A DNA stretch of 64,000 nt, taken from Prochlorococcus sp. AG-347-I06 (GTDB lineage: Bacteria; Cyanobacteriota; Cyanobacteriia; PCC-6307; Cyanobiaceae). Positions 51,402-61,226 of the stretch are shown one piece after another. The DNA is taken from the NCBI GenBank assembly GCA_003281605.1, contig QCBM01000005.1, positions 19,791 to 83,790 on the forward strand, read 5' to 3'. A model generated the notes under the pieces. That model ran no database searches. It was not told the DNA's origin and was given only the letters and a program-made list of their open reading frames with translations. Each line of letters starts with the position of its first letter. Positions within the stretch are counted from its first letter, which is position 1. The translations under genes and the position numbers were made by a program.

Positions 51402-54380
51402 ATGGCAAAGGAAAATTTTCCATATCAACTTTTCATTGTTGGAGCAGAATATTCCAGAAATGATATTAATCAAAGACTTGTCAATTCAAAAGTAAGTCAG
51501 CAGAGTGGAGTTTCAAGTTTTGCGGATTCATTAATTCTTTTTGCAACATTAGAAAAAGAAGGAAGACCTGAAGAAATACAGTATAAAGATTTTTTTAAAT
51601 TTAAAAACAAAATATTTAGTGAATTAAAGAAAAAAAAAGGAACTTCTGTTTTACCTGTAGAAGGCTATTTCCCAATATTTGAAAAGGGAGAAATTAAATT
51701 TTTCTGGGAAAGTCAAAATCCTTCAGGAAACTTTGGAACCCCAGAAAAACCATTGCTTTCCAAATTAATTAAAGGAGAGCTTAAAGGTTATTTATTTGCT
51801 CGAATTGAGGAGAAAACAAAAGGTAAAAGTAATCGATTTTTATACTGTGGTTCGATAGAAGCAGAAAGTTATGACGACAAAGCAAATGGAGAAAGACCTT
51901 TTGGAGTTAAATTTTCTTGTAATGATATAGGGCCAAAGCATGTAAAAAATGATTTAAAGATTTTACTGGAATGGCGTCCAAAAGATATTTCGACAATTAC
52001 TAAAGCAGAAGAACTTGCTTCTTCTTGTTTGGCAAATGAAAAAGTAAAACTTAAGGAAATAGAGAATGAGCTTTTTTGGAGTGGTTTTGAAACTCCAGAA
52101 TTGGCAACAAAGATATTACTAGAAAAATTTAATAAATACTCACTAGAACCTTCACCATATATATTTACGAAACTTGTCTGTAGACACTTTTCTGGTATCA
52201 ATAAATCCTCTTTTTTTACGCCACAAGTCTTAGAAAATTTTATTTGCAACTTTCTAAAAAATTTAAAAATAAAATCTGTTCTTGATCCATCAATGATAAA
52301 TGGAAGTACTTTATATAAAATTTCAAAAGAATTAAAACCTCAAGAGATTTATGGGTATGAAATAAATAAAGACCTCTTTAGACTATCTGAAGTTTTTAAT
52401 AAAAATGCCACGCTTAAAAATGAATATTTCCCAATTAATCAAGACTTAGAAAAAAGATTTGATTTAATAGTTTCTTTTCCTCCGATGATGATGAGGCATC
52501 CCTCAGTAAATAAAGAGATAATAATAAATGATAAAAAACTTGCATTTAATCTTCACAGAGAGACTGAAATCATATTTTCTTCTTTAAGAAATTTATCTGA
52601 TAATGGTTTAGCATTATTTATTGTTTCTCCAGGCTTTTTATTAAAAACTAGAAGTAGAAATATTTTTGAATTTATAAAAGATATTGGATTCAGTTTAGAA
52701 GGAATTTTTTATATCCCTGCTGGGACTTTCAAACCTTTTTCTGGAATTGAAGGCAGATTGGTAATAATTAAGAAAAAAATTCAATCTAAATTTATATTTG
52801 AAGGACAATTATCTTTTAATAAAGACAGAGATCAAAAATTAATAAATAATTTTTATGAATCTAAAGCTGATGAAGATCCTGAATTAGGTTTTTTAAGAGA
52901 ATTTGAAAGTAAAACTGATTTAAGAGAAGCTATCTTCCTTGAAAAGTTATCGCTAATTAATAAAAATATTGATATTGAGGTTAAACATTTAGAAGAAATA
53001 TCTGAAAGTATTTTCTATGCGACTTTAGAGAAAATAATAGAACATCAAAATTCTATATTTATTTTTCTCAATGGAAATAATAATGTATATGAATATGTAG
53101 CTGACATTGATACCAAAAAATTTGATTCTGGAATTAGGAATCAATCTATAGCGCAAGTAGTTATAAACCCTAAAAGAATTAATAAAAAAGTTTTAGTAAA
53201 AATCCTACAAAGTAAAAGAGGTAAACTTGCTTTTCAAGCTTTAACATCTTCTTTTGCTTCTCCTGGAAGAACAAGAATTTCTTTAAGTTCAATAGGTAAA
53301 TTACTTTTATGTATACCTGATAAAAAAGAGCAAGATCAATTAGAAATAATCGATCAAAAATTATTCGATATTAAATTTAAATTAAGTAACTTCGAAAATA
53401 ATCTTTGGGAAAAAATAGATCAACCCAAAGAATCTATTAAAGAATTTAATAAGATTATTAATCAAAAATATCAAAAGGAAACTAAAGATGATTTAGATAT
53501 AAGAATACTTCCCTTTCCATTGGCAAGTATTCTTCAAACAGTAAAAAGTTTTAATGGTATTCCTATAAAAATGTCATTACATATTGAATATTTCTTTGAG
53601 GCTCTTAGTCAATTTTTGGCAATTTATATAATGAGTGGTTTTTATATTAACGAAGAAGAATTTAATTCAATATGGACAGAAGTCTCAAATTTTCTAAAAG
53701 AAAAAAATCATAATATTGGCTCAAGTACTTTTGGTACCTGGAATATAATTTTTAACCTACTAACGAAAAAAATAAACCAAGATATAAAGGAGGAAGAAAG
53801 TATGAAAGAAGTTTGGCTCAGTAGATTAGCAATAGAAAGCGAAGAATTTTTAAATGTATTAACCGGTAAAAAATTACTTGGGATTTTAATGAGGGCAAAC
53901 AGATTTAGAAATATGTGGAGAGGACATTCAGGAGCAATTGGAGATGATAATGCAAAAGAGAGATACAACACATATAACGAAATGGTAAAAGAAGTTTTAA
54001 ACTTATTTAGAAATTTTTGGATTGAGTCGCCTCTTGTGATTCCTGGAGAAAGTACATATAAAGACGGAAAGTTTGATTATTTTTGCCAATCTGCAATGGG
54101 AGTTACAATGCCCTTACCAAGAAATAAATACAGTTTAAAACAACCTCTTGAAGATGGAATGATGCATATAGTTTCTACTGTAAGTGGGAAATCATGTAAA
54201 TTACTCCCATTAATTAAATTTGGAGAAAGCCCAAGCAAAGTTGATAATGCATGTTATTTCTATAACAGGCGTGATAATGACCAATCACAAAGATGGATTT
54301 CTTATCACAATGAAAATAAACCTGAGAGACCATTTAGTGATCCTGAAGTAAATGCATTACTAGATAAATTAAGTAACTAA
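51402..54380 (+). CDS. DUF3427-like + degenerate N6-adenine methyltransferase + TRD-like + HEPN-like fusion
   Basis: YSRNDI...FFWESQ...FLYCG; FFTP, VLDPSMINGS, YGYEIN, DLIVSFPPM; LLLCIPDKKEQ; RNMWRGH. Confidence 0.7.
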   Translation: MAKENFPYQLFIVGAEYSRNDINQRLVNSKVSQQSGVSSFADSLILFATLEKEGRPEEIQYKDFFKFKNKIFSELKKKKGTSVLPVEGYFPIFEKGEIKFFWESQNPSGNFGTPEKPLLSKLIKGELKGYLFARIEEKTKGKSNRFLYCGSIEAESYDDKANGERPFGVKFSCNDIGPKHVKNDLKILLEWRPKDISTITKAEELASSCLANEKVKLKEIENELFWSGFETPELATKILLEKFNKYSLEPSPYIFTKLVCRHFSGINKSSFFTPQVLENFICNFLKNLKIKSVLDPSMINGSTLYKISKELKPQEIYGYEINKDLFRLSEVFNKNATLKNEYFPINQDLEKRFDLIVSFPPMMMRHPSVNKEIIINDKKLAFNLHRETEIIFSSLRNLSDNGLALFIVSPGFLLKTRSRNIFEFIKDIGFSLEGIFYIPAGTFKPFSGIEGRLVIIKKKIQSKFIFEGQLSFNKDRDQKLINNFYESKADEDPELGFLREFESKTDLREAIFLEKLSLINKNIDIEVKHLEEISESIFYATLEKIIEHQNSIFIFLNGNNNVYEYVADIDTKKFDSGIRNQSIAQVVINPKRINKKVLVKILQSKRGKLAFQALTSSFASPGRTRISLSSIGKLLLCIPDKKEQDQLEIIDQKLFDIKFKLSNFENNLWEKIDQPKESIKEFNKIINQKYQKETKDDLDIRILPFPLASILQTVKSFNGIPIKMSLHIEYFFEALSQFLAIYIMSGFYINEEEFNSIWTEVSNFLKEKNHNIGSSTFGTWNIIFNLLTKKINQDIKEEESMKEVWLSRLAIESEEFLNVLTGKKLLGILMRANRFRNMWRGHSGAIGDDNAKERYNTYNEMVKEVLNLFRNFWIESPLVIPGESTYKDGKFDYFCQSAMGVTMPLPRNKYSLKQPLEDGMMHIVSTVSGKSCKLLPLIKFGESPSKVDNACYFYNRRDNDQSQRWISYHNENKPERPFSDPEVNALLDKLSN

Positions 54381-54422
54381 ATCTAGTGATACAAATTTAC
54401 TTCTTGCTGAACATTATTTTCT
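54329..54422 (+). repeat. 94-bp direct repeat, copy 1 (hairpin 54345-54403)
   Basis: 87/94 identical to 57546-57639 by manual alignment. Confidence 0.95.
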
Positions 54423-54432
54423 TTAATGCTAT

Positions 54433-57390
54433 CTACAGTGATGAATTTATATTTAGGATTAGAAGTCTCCTGGCAAGTGAATGATTTGTATAGTATTTAT
54501 AAACATCAGCATTCAATTTTATTTTATTAGAAAACCTAAAATAATTTGGTAATTTCCCTTTTGTACTTTCATTCCTACTAGCATAAAAGTCATATGCAGA
54601 ACTTGTTATGCTGTAAGTCTTATTATCATTATCTTCAAAAATAGCTGATTTTTTATCCAATCCTGCATAATTTTTAAATTTTAAAATTACATTTTTCCTC
54701 TCATACCATCTTGTATTTAATATTTCTAGTTTATTGTAGTTGGATATTTGTTTAAGCTCTTTAAGCAAAAAGATAATATCTTCAAAAAATTCTTTAGTTG
54801 TTGTCACTTTAATAAGCTGTTCATTCAGCTTTGAACCACTATATTTTTTTTGTTGATAATAATAACTTTCATTATATGCCTGTGAAAAATAATTTTTATT
54901 AAGCAGGAGAACCATTTTACAAAAATCTTCTTTGAAAAATAGATTAACTGTTTTACTTAAAGATTTTCTTGTAAACGCATTAACAGAAGAAATTAACCAC
55001 CACATAAGACTATTTCTGTTTGATGAGTAATAAGGTGAATTTCCATCAATATCTAGATGTTCATAACATTTCAAAAGTAGATCACTAATATTGTCAAAAT
55101 ATTCTTGGTTAATGTTTTCACCTACCATTTCATTCATAAGGTGCCGTGCATGTCGGTTATATGCATCTGCTATAAGTGTCAAAAACAAAGATTTACTTGT
55201 ATCTTTTCTTTCTGACCAATCTTCAGTGACTTTATAGACATCCTCAAATTTATTTTGCCTGATCAATAGTCTTGCAAATGCAGTCATAAATTTAGAGTAT
55301 GGTAATGAGTCAGGAAGAGGGGTATCTAGCGAATCAAAAAATCTGAATCCATATTCACAAGCTCTACTATCTTTAAGTGCATCAAATCTATAAAAAAGCG
55401 TTAATAAAGCATTAGGATCATTTCCATCAGCTGCAAGCTGTAAGTGCTTTATACATTGAAGTTGATCATTAAATTCTTGATAAATCAAACCTATAAGACG
55501 ATAAACAGCAGGTGGGACTGATTGAGCTCTATTTATATCTTTAAAATCCTCAAGATCTTTCAATGCATCTCTTAGTTTTGCAAATGCAACTTCTTTTAAA
55601 TCGTTAGAAACAAGGTCTTCATCTTTAATTTTATAAAAATGTCCTAATGCACCAATTGCCTCATTACAAATCACCCTACAAGTATCATCAACCTGTGTTT
55701 CAGGTCTTAGAAAGCTGAATTTCATCTGATTTGACCAACTATTATTTTCAGAATTTAGTATCGAAATATTCTTATTAATTTGATCATCCTTATAAATATT
55801 CAACCTAAATCTAAGATCTTCATTTAAAGGATATATGCTTAAATAAGATCTAAAGTTATCATTCAATTTTATACAATCCATAGAAGATGTACCCCTGAAG
55901 GCCAATCCCAAGTCCTCAATTTCTGCAATGGATTCAGTAACACTGTCAATATCAACTGAAAGTCTCTTATTAATATCTATTTTTCTAGATTCTCCTAAAA
56001 CAAAAAGTACCTCAAGACAGTCTTTACTTACATTAGATAATGAACCTACAAGTTTTGTAAATGAGAATGAAATAATACTATCTGCACCACATTGAACTGA
56101 TTCAATTAAGCTTGTATTATTTTTCTTTTGGTATCCAATTGCATTTTTTATTGCAAGTGGGTTACAAAATAATTTATTAGAGTAGTCTGAAGCTTCTTCG
56201 TATGAAATTTTTTTTCCTAATTTATCTAAATAAACTTTTTGGAATAATTTTGCAGCACTTTTAAGTTCTAAAGGTCCTAGTGAAATAATACTGCTAGATT
56301 CTCTAATTCTTATTCTTGAAGTTATTATAATTTTCCAATCTCTTGGTAACTCATTTTCAAATTCAGAAAACACCTTATAAATATCACTGGACAGTGTCTC
56401 AAGATTATCTACCCATAATAAAAATCTGTAGTTTCCAAAGGTATTTAAGAAGTCTTCCCAAAGTGAATTAATATCTTTTCCATCTTCAAAGTTAAATACT
56501 TCTTGAAAAATATTATTTTCGCTAAATTCTGTATTAGCGAATTTATAACCTTGCAATAATTGCTCTTTAATTCCCTCCATTGTTAAATTAATAATATCTT
56601 TTCTGACTACACCCTCCTCTAAATATTCCTCTTTCAGTGATGAGTATAAAATACAATCAATTTCTTTAGAATCTTCATCAGAAAACTTTAATTCATTTAA
56701 AACAGACAATGTTAAAGCTGTTTTACCTGTTCCTCCAGCACCAAAAATACTTACACTTGGTTTTCTTGGATTTAATAAATAATTTTTTATTTCCTCTGAA
56801 AGTTTTTCTCTCCCGATAATTTCATCGTAATCAGGCATTGGTAAATTATTCGGAATTTCAGTTAATTTACTCTCTTCTATTTCAACTAGATCAAGGTTCC
56901 CTTTTTTTGCTGCATAATATCTTTCAATTACATTTATAAAACCCAGTTGTTTAATTACAGGATCAAGTGCTAAAGCTTGTACTCTTAGCCAATGAACTGG
57001 GTGATATTCATTCCCAGGGTGAGCGAAAGATTGAGATCTTGTTTTATAAATTTGTAAAACATTTATCAATTGATCTAACCTTTCATAGTATTTTTGTTTC
57101 GAACTTCCCTGTGAAACTTGTTTCGCTAAAGATGGCAATTGAGAAAGATTTGATTTTCTGATTAACTCTTCTTTATTTCTTGGGTTCCTTCTATATGTTT
57201 CTGAGAAATATCTTTTACATTTTAGGCCTGCTCCAGATTCAGTATCAACCGAATCTATATTAGAAATTATTTTATCTACCAAACTTTTCTCTAGAGAACC
57301 TAGAACCATTTGTATTCTAGTTGCATCTAGGAATTGATCATCTTGATCAAACGAGTAGATCTCTTCATTTTCTACTGCGCTTAAAGTCAC
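54433..57390 (-). CDS. NLR-like STAND protein: HEPN-like N-terminus, NB-ARC NTPase, helical C-terminus
   Basis: RSQSFAH (Rx5H); PNNLP...IIGRE; GAGGTGKT; LWVDNLET; IITSR; CNPLAI; TPR-like helices. Confidence 0.8.
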   Translation of the reverse strand: MTLSAVENEEIYSFDQDDQFLDATRIQMVLGSLEKSLVDKIISNIDSVDTESGAGLKCKRYFSETYRRNPRNKEELIRKSNLSQLPSLAKQVSQGSSKQKYYERLDQLINVLQIYKTRSQSFAHPGNEYHPVHWLRVQALALDPVIKQLGFINVIERYYAAKKGNLDLVEIEESKLTEIPNNLPMPDYDEIIGREKLSEEIKNYLLNPRKPSVSIFGAGGTGKTALTLSVLNELKFSDEDSKEIDCILYSSLKEEYLEEGVVRKDIINLTMEGIKEQLLQGYKFANTEFSENNIFQEVFNFEDGKDINSLWEDFLNTFGNYRFLLWVDNLETLSSDIYKVFSEFENELPRDWKIIITSRIRIRESSSIISLGPLELKSAAKLFQKVYLDKLGKKISYEEASDYSNKLFCNPLAIKNAIGYQKKNNTSLIESVQCGADSIISFSFTKLVGSLSNVSKDCLEVLFVLGESRKIDINKRLSVDIDSVTESIAEIEDLGLAFRGTSSMDCIKLNDNFRSYLSIYPLNEDLRFRLNIYKDDQINKNISILNSENNSWSNQMKFSFLRPETQVDDTCRVICNEAIGALGHFYKIKDEDLVSNDLKEVAFAKLRDALKDLEDFKDINRAQSVPPAVYRLIGLIYQEFNDQLQCIKHLQLAADGNDPNALLTLFYRFDALKDSRACEYGFRFFDSLDTPLPDSLPYSKFMTAFARLLIRQNKFEDVYKVTEDWSERKDTSKSLFLTLIADAYNRHARHLMNEMVGENINQEYFDNISDLLLKCYEHLDIDGNSPYYSSNRNSLMWWLISSVNAFTRKSLSKTVNLFFKEDFCKMVLLLNKNYFSQAYNESYYYQQKKYSGSKLNEQLIKVTTTKEFFEDIIFLLKELKQISNYNKLEILNTRWYERKNVILKFKNYAGLDKKSAIFEDNDNKTYSITSSAYDFYASRNESTKGKLPNYFRFSNKIKLNADVYKYYTNHSLARRLLILNINSSL

Positions 57391-57545
57391 AAAATTCTAA
57401 ACATTTTTTTTATGATAATCACTTTTTTTTTCAGTATCAAAAATTGTTATTTTCTAAAAATATTTATTTAGATATTAGATCAAAGACTTTAAATCATCTC
57501 TTGAAAAATAATCTTTTATTTTCTACAGCAAAACTAACCGACGAT

Positions 57546-57639
57546 ACCATTTAGGGGTCCTGAAGTAAATGCATTACTAGATAAATTGAGTAACTAAATC
57601 TAGTAATACAAATTTACTTCTTGCTGCATATTATTTCCT
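57546..57639 (+). repeat. 94-bp direct repeat, copy 2 (hairpin 57562-57620)
   Basis: 3217 bp downstream of copy 1; non-coding here. Confidence 0.95.
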
Positions 57640-57793
57640 CTGGCAATATAAGTAACCGACTCCAAAATTGGCACATCAACATAAGATGTTTCCCTTAATG
57701 GCCAAAAAGAACTGAAGGATTTGAGATCAGGGGATTTAATATTTTTCTTTCGGTTCAGCTGTTAAAAAGCTCCTACACACATACTGATAGACA

Positions 57794-58576
57794 ATGAAAT
57801 TTATTAAGAGACTCAGGTCGCTGCCGGGCGATTCTCTGAGCGTTATACGCCGCACACCGCCACTTGTTTTTGCAATGGCTGTATTATCACTTGGTGGTTT
57901 TATTGGGGCATCAACCGTTCTCGTAAGAGGTTTTCGGATGGTTGAAAATTCAATCACTGTTACTGGTGCTAGTACGGAAAGTTTTGAAAGTGATATTGCC
58001 AAATGGTCCGTTCAGGTCAGGGCTACTGGTAAAACTCAAATTGACTCTTTTAATAAGCACAAAGAGTCAATGAAAAAGACTATAAATTTCCTGAAAGCCA
58101 ATGGAATTGAAGATGGCATTAAACAAGAAGTTTATCTTGGACCAGCGAGCATCAAGGAATATGAAACCAAGCATCCGAAGACAAATGAAATCATAAGAAC
58201 GGAATGGATTACCTATCAGAGTATAGAAATACAAAGCAATGATGTTTATCGCATTCAAAAGACCCACAGCAAGATAACTGAACTTCTTGGTGATGGTGTT
58301 TTAGTAAGACCAAGTTCACCAGAATTTACATATTCAAAGCTTGCTGATAAAAGAGTAGACATGCTCGCCAAGGCTGCAAAAGATGCACGTATCAGAGCTG
58401 AAGCGATTGCTCTTCAGGCAGGATCTGAAGTGGGAGGTTTGAAGAAAGTGAACACTGGAGTATTCCAAATCACAGTTCCTAATTCCACTAGAGTAAGTAG
58501 CTGGGGATCTTATGATACTACAACAATCAAGAAAGATATTACTGCTGTAATGGGGGTAACTTTCGCTGTTAAATAA
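57794..58576 (+). CDS. SIMPL (DUF541) domain periplasmic protein
   Basis: ITVTGAS, AAKDARIRAEAIA, GVFQI and KDITAV motifs; N-terminal TM. Confidence 0.88.
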   Translation: MKFIKRLRSLPGDSLSVIRRTPPLVFAMAVLSLGGFIGASTVLVRGFRMVENSITVTGASTESFESDIAKWSVQVRATGKTQIDSFNKHKESMKKTINFLKANGIEDGIKQEVYLGPASIKEYETKHPKTNEIIRTEWITYQSIEIQSNDVYRIQKTHSKITELLGDGVLVRPSSPEFTYSKLADKRVDMLAKAAKDARIRAEAIALQAGSEVGGLKKVNTGVFQITVPNSTRVSSWGSYDTTTIKKDITAVMGVTFAVK

Positions 58577-58673
58577 TTGAATTAGGGAGTCTTCTTTTTA
58601 CCTTTGAGGATCATCAATAAAGGTAATCCAATAAGCATTAGACTCCCATCAATTAACAAAAAAATGTTCAGGT

Positions 58674-58865
58674 TCATTTATCCTTACCTTCATTAATTTC
58701 AAAATATAGAGGGATACCTTTTTTTACTGGATCTTTCTTCATATCTTCCATTTCTTTCCTTAATTTCTTGTAGTATGCAACTTCCTCAGGATCATCAGAG
58801 CCAAGACCATAACCCATCGTTGCTGCTAGATAAATCCTATGCATTCTGTAAGAACTTAAAGTCAT
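58674..58865 (-). CDS. Small conserved hypothetical protein
   Basis: HRIYLAATMGYGLGSDDPEEVAYYKKLRKEM resembles a recurrent Prochlorococcus island protein. Confidence 0.65.
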   Translation of the reverse strand: MTLSSYRMHRIYLAATMGYGLGSDDPEEVAYYKKLRKEMEDMKKDPVKKGIPLYFEINEGKDK

Positions 58866-58929
58866 ACTGAGATCATAAACAATTAAATTTTAAATCAGAA
58901 AAAAATTATTTTTAAATCCTTCTATCAAA

Positions 58930-59436
58930 ATGAAAAAATTATTTCTTCTATCAATATTAATAAGTTTAATTTCTCCAATTAAAACTTCTGCTGGTTTTCC
59001 AGAGGGAGAAAAAGGTTATGACTTAAAGAAAATTGAGGAGTCATTCAAGTTGCCTTGTGATGAAATAGGTAATGATGAATGTATTGCAAGAGCTTTTGGA
59101 GTAGGTGCTTGCACATGGGTATTTGGGATTAAAAATGGAAAAGATTCAAAAGAAGCACTAAGAATTGCTGATAGCGTATTGATTGCTCTTTTGAAGGGAA
59201 ATAATCTCGATATAAATTCTATTTTTGAAAAAGATGGGTCAATTAAAGAAACCATTCAAAAAGAGTCAGTTTATAGAATCAATTTTTGTAAAGATGCTAC
59301 AAAATTGGCTATCCCAAAATTAATAAAAAAACTGCCCGAAGGGGTTGAGTTAGATGCTGAAAGGATTGAAAACTTAGCGGATGTATTTCCTCTTCAATAC
59401 CTAACAATGTTTGAACAAATGAGGAAAGGTAATTAA
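58930..59436 (+). CDS. Exported hypothetical protein
   Basis: MKKLFLLSILISLISPIKTSA signal peptide; four Cys. Confidence 0.75.
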   Translation: MKKLFLLSILISLISPIKTSAGFPEGEKGYDLKKIEESFKLPCDEIGNDECIARAFGVGACTWVFGIKNGKDSKEALRIADSVLIALLKGNNLDINSIFEKDGSIKETIQKESVYRINFCKDATKLAIPKLIKKLPEGVELDAERIENLADVFPLQYLTMFEQMRKGN

Positions 59437-59475
59437 CTTTAAAACAGTCATTTAAAGCAACTCAAAATTTTATTA

Positions 59476-61206
59476 GTGGAAAATGATGAAATAAAATATA
59501 AAAAAGATATACCTCTTGAATGGCTCAAGATGCCCTCAAGTGCAAAGGAAGCTGAAAAATTAAATATAAAAAAATATTTTAATGGTTTAATGTGCAGAAA
59601 AGGTAGTCATTACTCTCCTCTTTATCAAAGTAATGGACAAGGTAAAGGTTGTGTAACGTGTAAATCAATTAGATCAAAAGAAAAAACAAGATTAAAAAAT
59701 GAAAAACTAGGAATTGAGCCATATACCCTTGAGAGTTTTATAAGAGAAGCAAATGAAGTTCATAACGGGTATTACTCTTACGATCTAATTAATTCTTTTC
59801 GTTTTAAAAAAGATTATTATTTGATAAATTGTCCAGACCCAGAGCATAAGCCATTTAGACAAAGAGGAACTAAACATTTAACAGGACAAGGATGTAAATT
59901 ATGTAATCAAAAAAAATGGATTTCAAAGCAAGTTCTACCTTTTGATAAGTTTATTGAGCGATGTAAAAAAATCCATAATGAGAGATATGACTTATCGAGA
60001 ATTTCTTACAGAAATTTACATGACAAGATAAAAGTTGGTTGCAAAATTGAGGGCCATGGATTTTTTGAGACTGAAGCAAATAATTTTATGCGAGGCTTAA
60101 GTAATTGCAAATTATGTTCTGCTAAAGCAACTAGTATTAGATGTAGAAAAACAACCGAAGAGTTTATTAAAAAAGCTAAGAAAAAGCATAGAGATAATTA
60201 TGATTATTCATTAGTAAATTACATAACAAATAAAACTAATATTCTTATCAAATGTAAAAAGCCAGATCATGGAATATTTCCTCAATTACCTCATACTCAT
60301 TTAAAAGGGGTTGGTTGCCCTAAATGTGCAAAAGAATTAACGGCTAAAAAACTTTCTCTTACGATGGATGAATTTTTAAGAAGAGCAAAAGAAAAACATG
60401 GAGATCTTTATGATTACTCAAAAGTTAAGTTATCAAAAAAATCGCCTTCTCATTCTCCTGTTCAAATAATCTGCAGGGTACATAAAGAATTTAATCAAAC
60501 ACCTTCACTTCACTTCAGGAGTGGTTGTAGAAAGTGTCATATGGAATATTTATGGAATGAGTTGAGACCCATTGGTAAAGAGGAGTGGATAAGAAAATCA
60601 CAAGAACAACATTCAAATAAATATTCTTATGAATTAGTAAAAGATTTCTCGAAAGTTACTCAAAACAGAGTAAAAATAACCTGCCCATTGCATGGACCTT
60701 TTGAACAACAAGCGAGGGATCATATGAGTGGAAGAGGATGCCAAAAATGTGGTGATTTAAATAGAGGAAGAGACTCATACAATACTTTTAAATCTGATGA
60801 ATTATGGGCCTCAATCCCAACTGATTTTTATTTTGTCGAAGTTGATAATAGTTATTTAAAATTTGGCATCACAGTTGACTTTGAAGATCGCTCTAGGTCT
60901 AGGTATACAGATTGTTTTTATCGAATTGAGCTTGATAGAGCTAGTGCTTGGACGTTAGAACAGTATATGTATCTCGTTACCTTATGGGCTAAACCCACCT
61001 CACTGCCAGATACATTGGCTTCATGGGGCGGAAATACTGAGTTAAGAACTAAAGAATTGCCAATAAAAGAAATTATTGAAAGTCTAGATAATCTTATTTC
61101 AATTATCGAACAAAAAGGATGGGAAGATTTTTTAAATACCTATGTCTTATCGAATAGCTTGCTATCATCTCTTCCCTTGAATCAAAAAATTAGATTAACT
61201 GAATAA
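59476..61206 (+). CDS. DUF723-like zinc-finger repeat protein with C-terminal GIY-YIG-like domain (homing-endonuclease-like)
   Basis: Five F-x3-(A/C)-x3-H-x3-Y...C-x-x-H...CxxC repeats; FYFVEV...LKFGIT...R...EQ. Confidence 0.75.
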   Translation: MENDEIKYKKDIPLEWLKMPSSAKEAEKLNIKKYFNGLMCRKGSHYSPLYQSNGQGKGCVTCKSIRSKEKTRLKNEKLGIEPYTLESFIREANEVHNGYYSYDLINSFRFKKDYYLINCPDPEHKPFRQRGTKHLTGQGCKLCNQKKWISKQVLPFDKFIERCKKIHNERYDLSRISYRNLHDKIKVGCKIEGHGFFETEANNFMRGLSNCKLCSAKATSIRCRKTTEEFIKKAKKKHRDNYDYSLVNYITNKTNILIKCKKPDHGIFPQLPHTHLKGVGCPKCAKELTAKKLSLTMDEFLRRAKEKHGDLYDYSKVKLSKKSPSHSPVQIICRVHKEFNQTPSLHFRSGCRKCHMEYLWNELRPIGKEEWIRKSQEQHSNKYSYELVKDFSKVTQNRVKITCPLHGPFEQQARDHMSGRGCQKCGDLNRGRDSYNTFKSDELWASIPTDFYFVEVDNSYLKFGITVDFEDRSRSRYTDCFYRIELDRASAWTLEQYMYLVTLWAKPTSLPDTLASWGGNTELRTKELPIKEIIESLDNLISIIEQKGWEDFLNTYVLSNSLLSSLPLNQKIRLTE

Positions 61207-61226
61207 ATCTTAGAAAGTAGAAGTCA

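Noticed and set aside
51402-54380. Active Type I/IIG restriction-modification enzyme
   Set aside because: SAM-binding and catalytic motifs are both altered; no HsdR or PD-(D/E)xK domain recognised
54345-57620. Canonical integron attC sites or a CRISPR array
   Set aside because: No RYYYAAC/GTTRRRY ends and no IntI-type insertion recognised in the integrase; only two repeats 3.2 kb apart and no cas genes
57321-58267. ORFs 57321-57554 (+), 57736-58002 (-) and 58067-58267 (-)
   Set aside because: They overlap the NLR start or lie antisense to the SIMPL gene, with low-complexity translations
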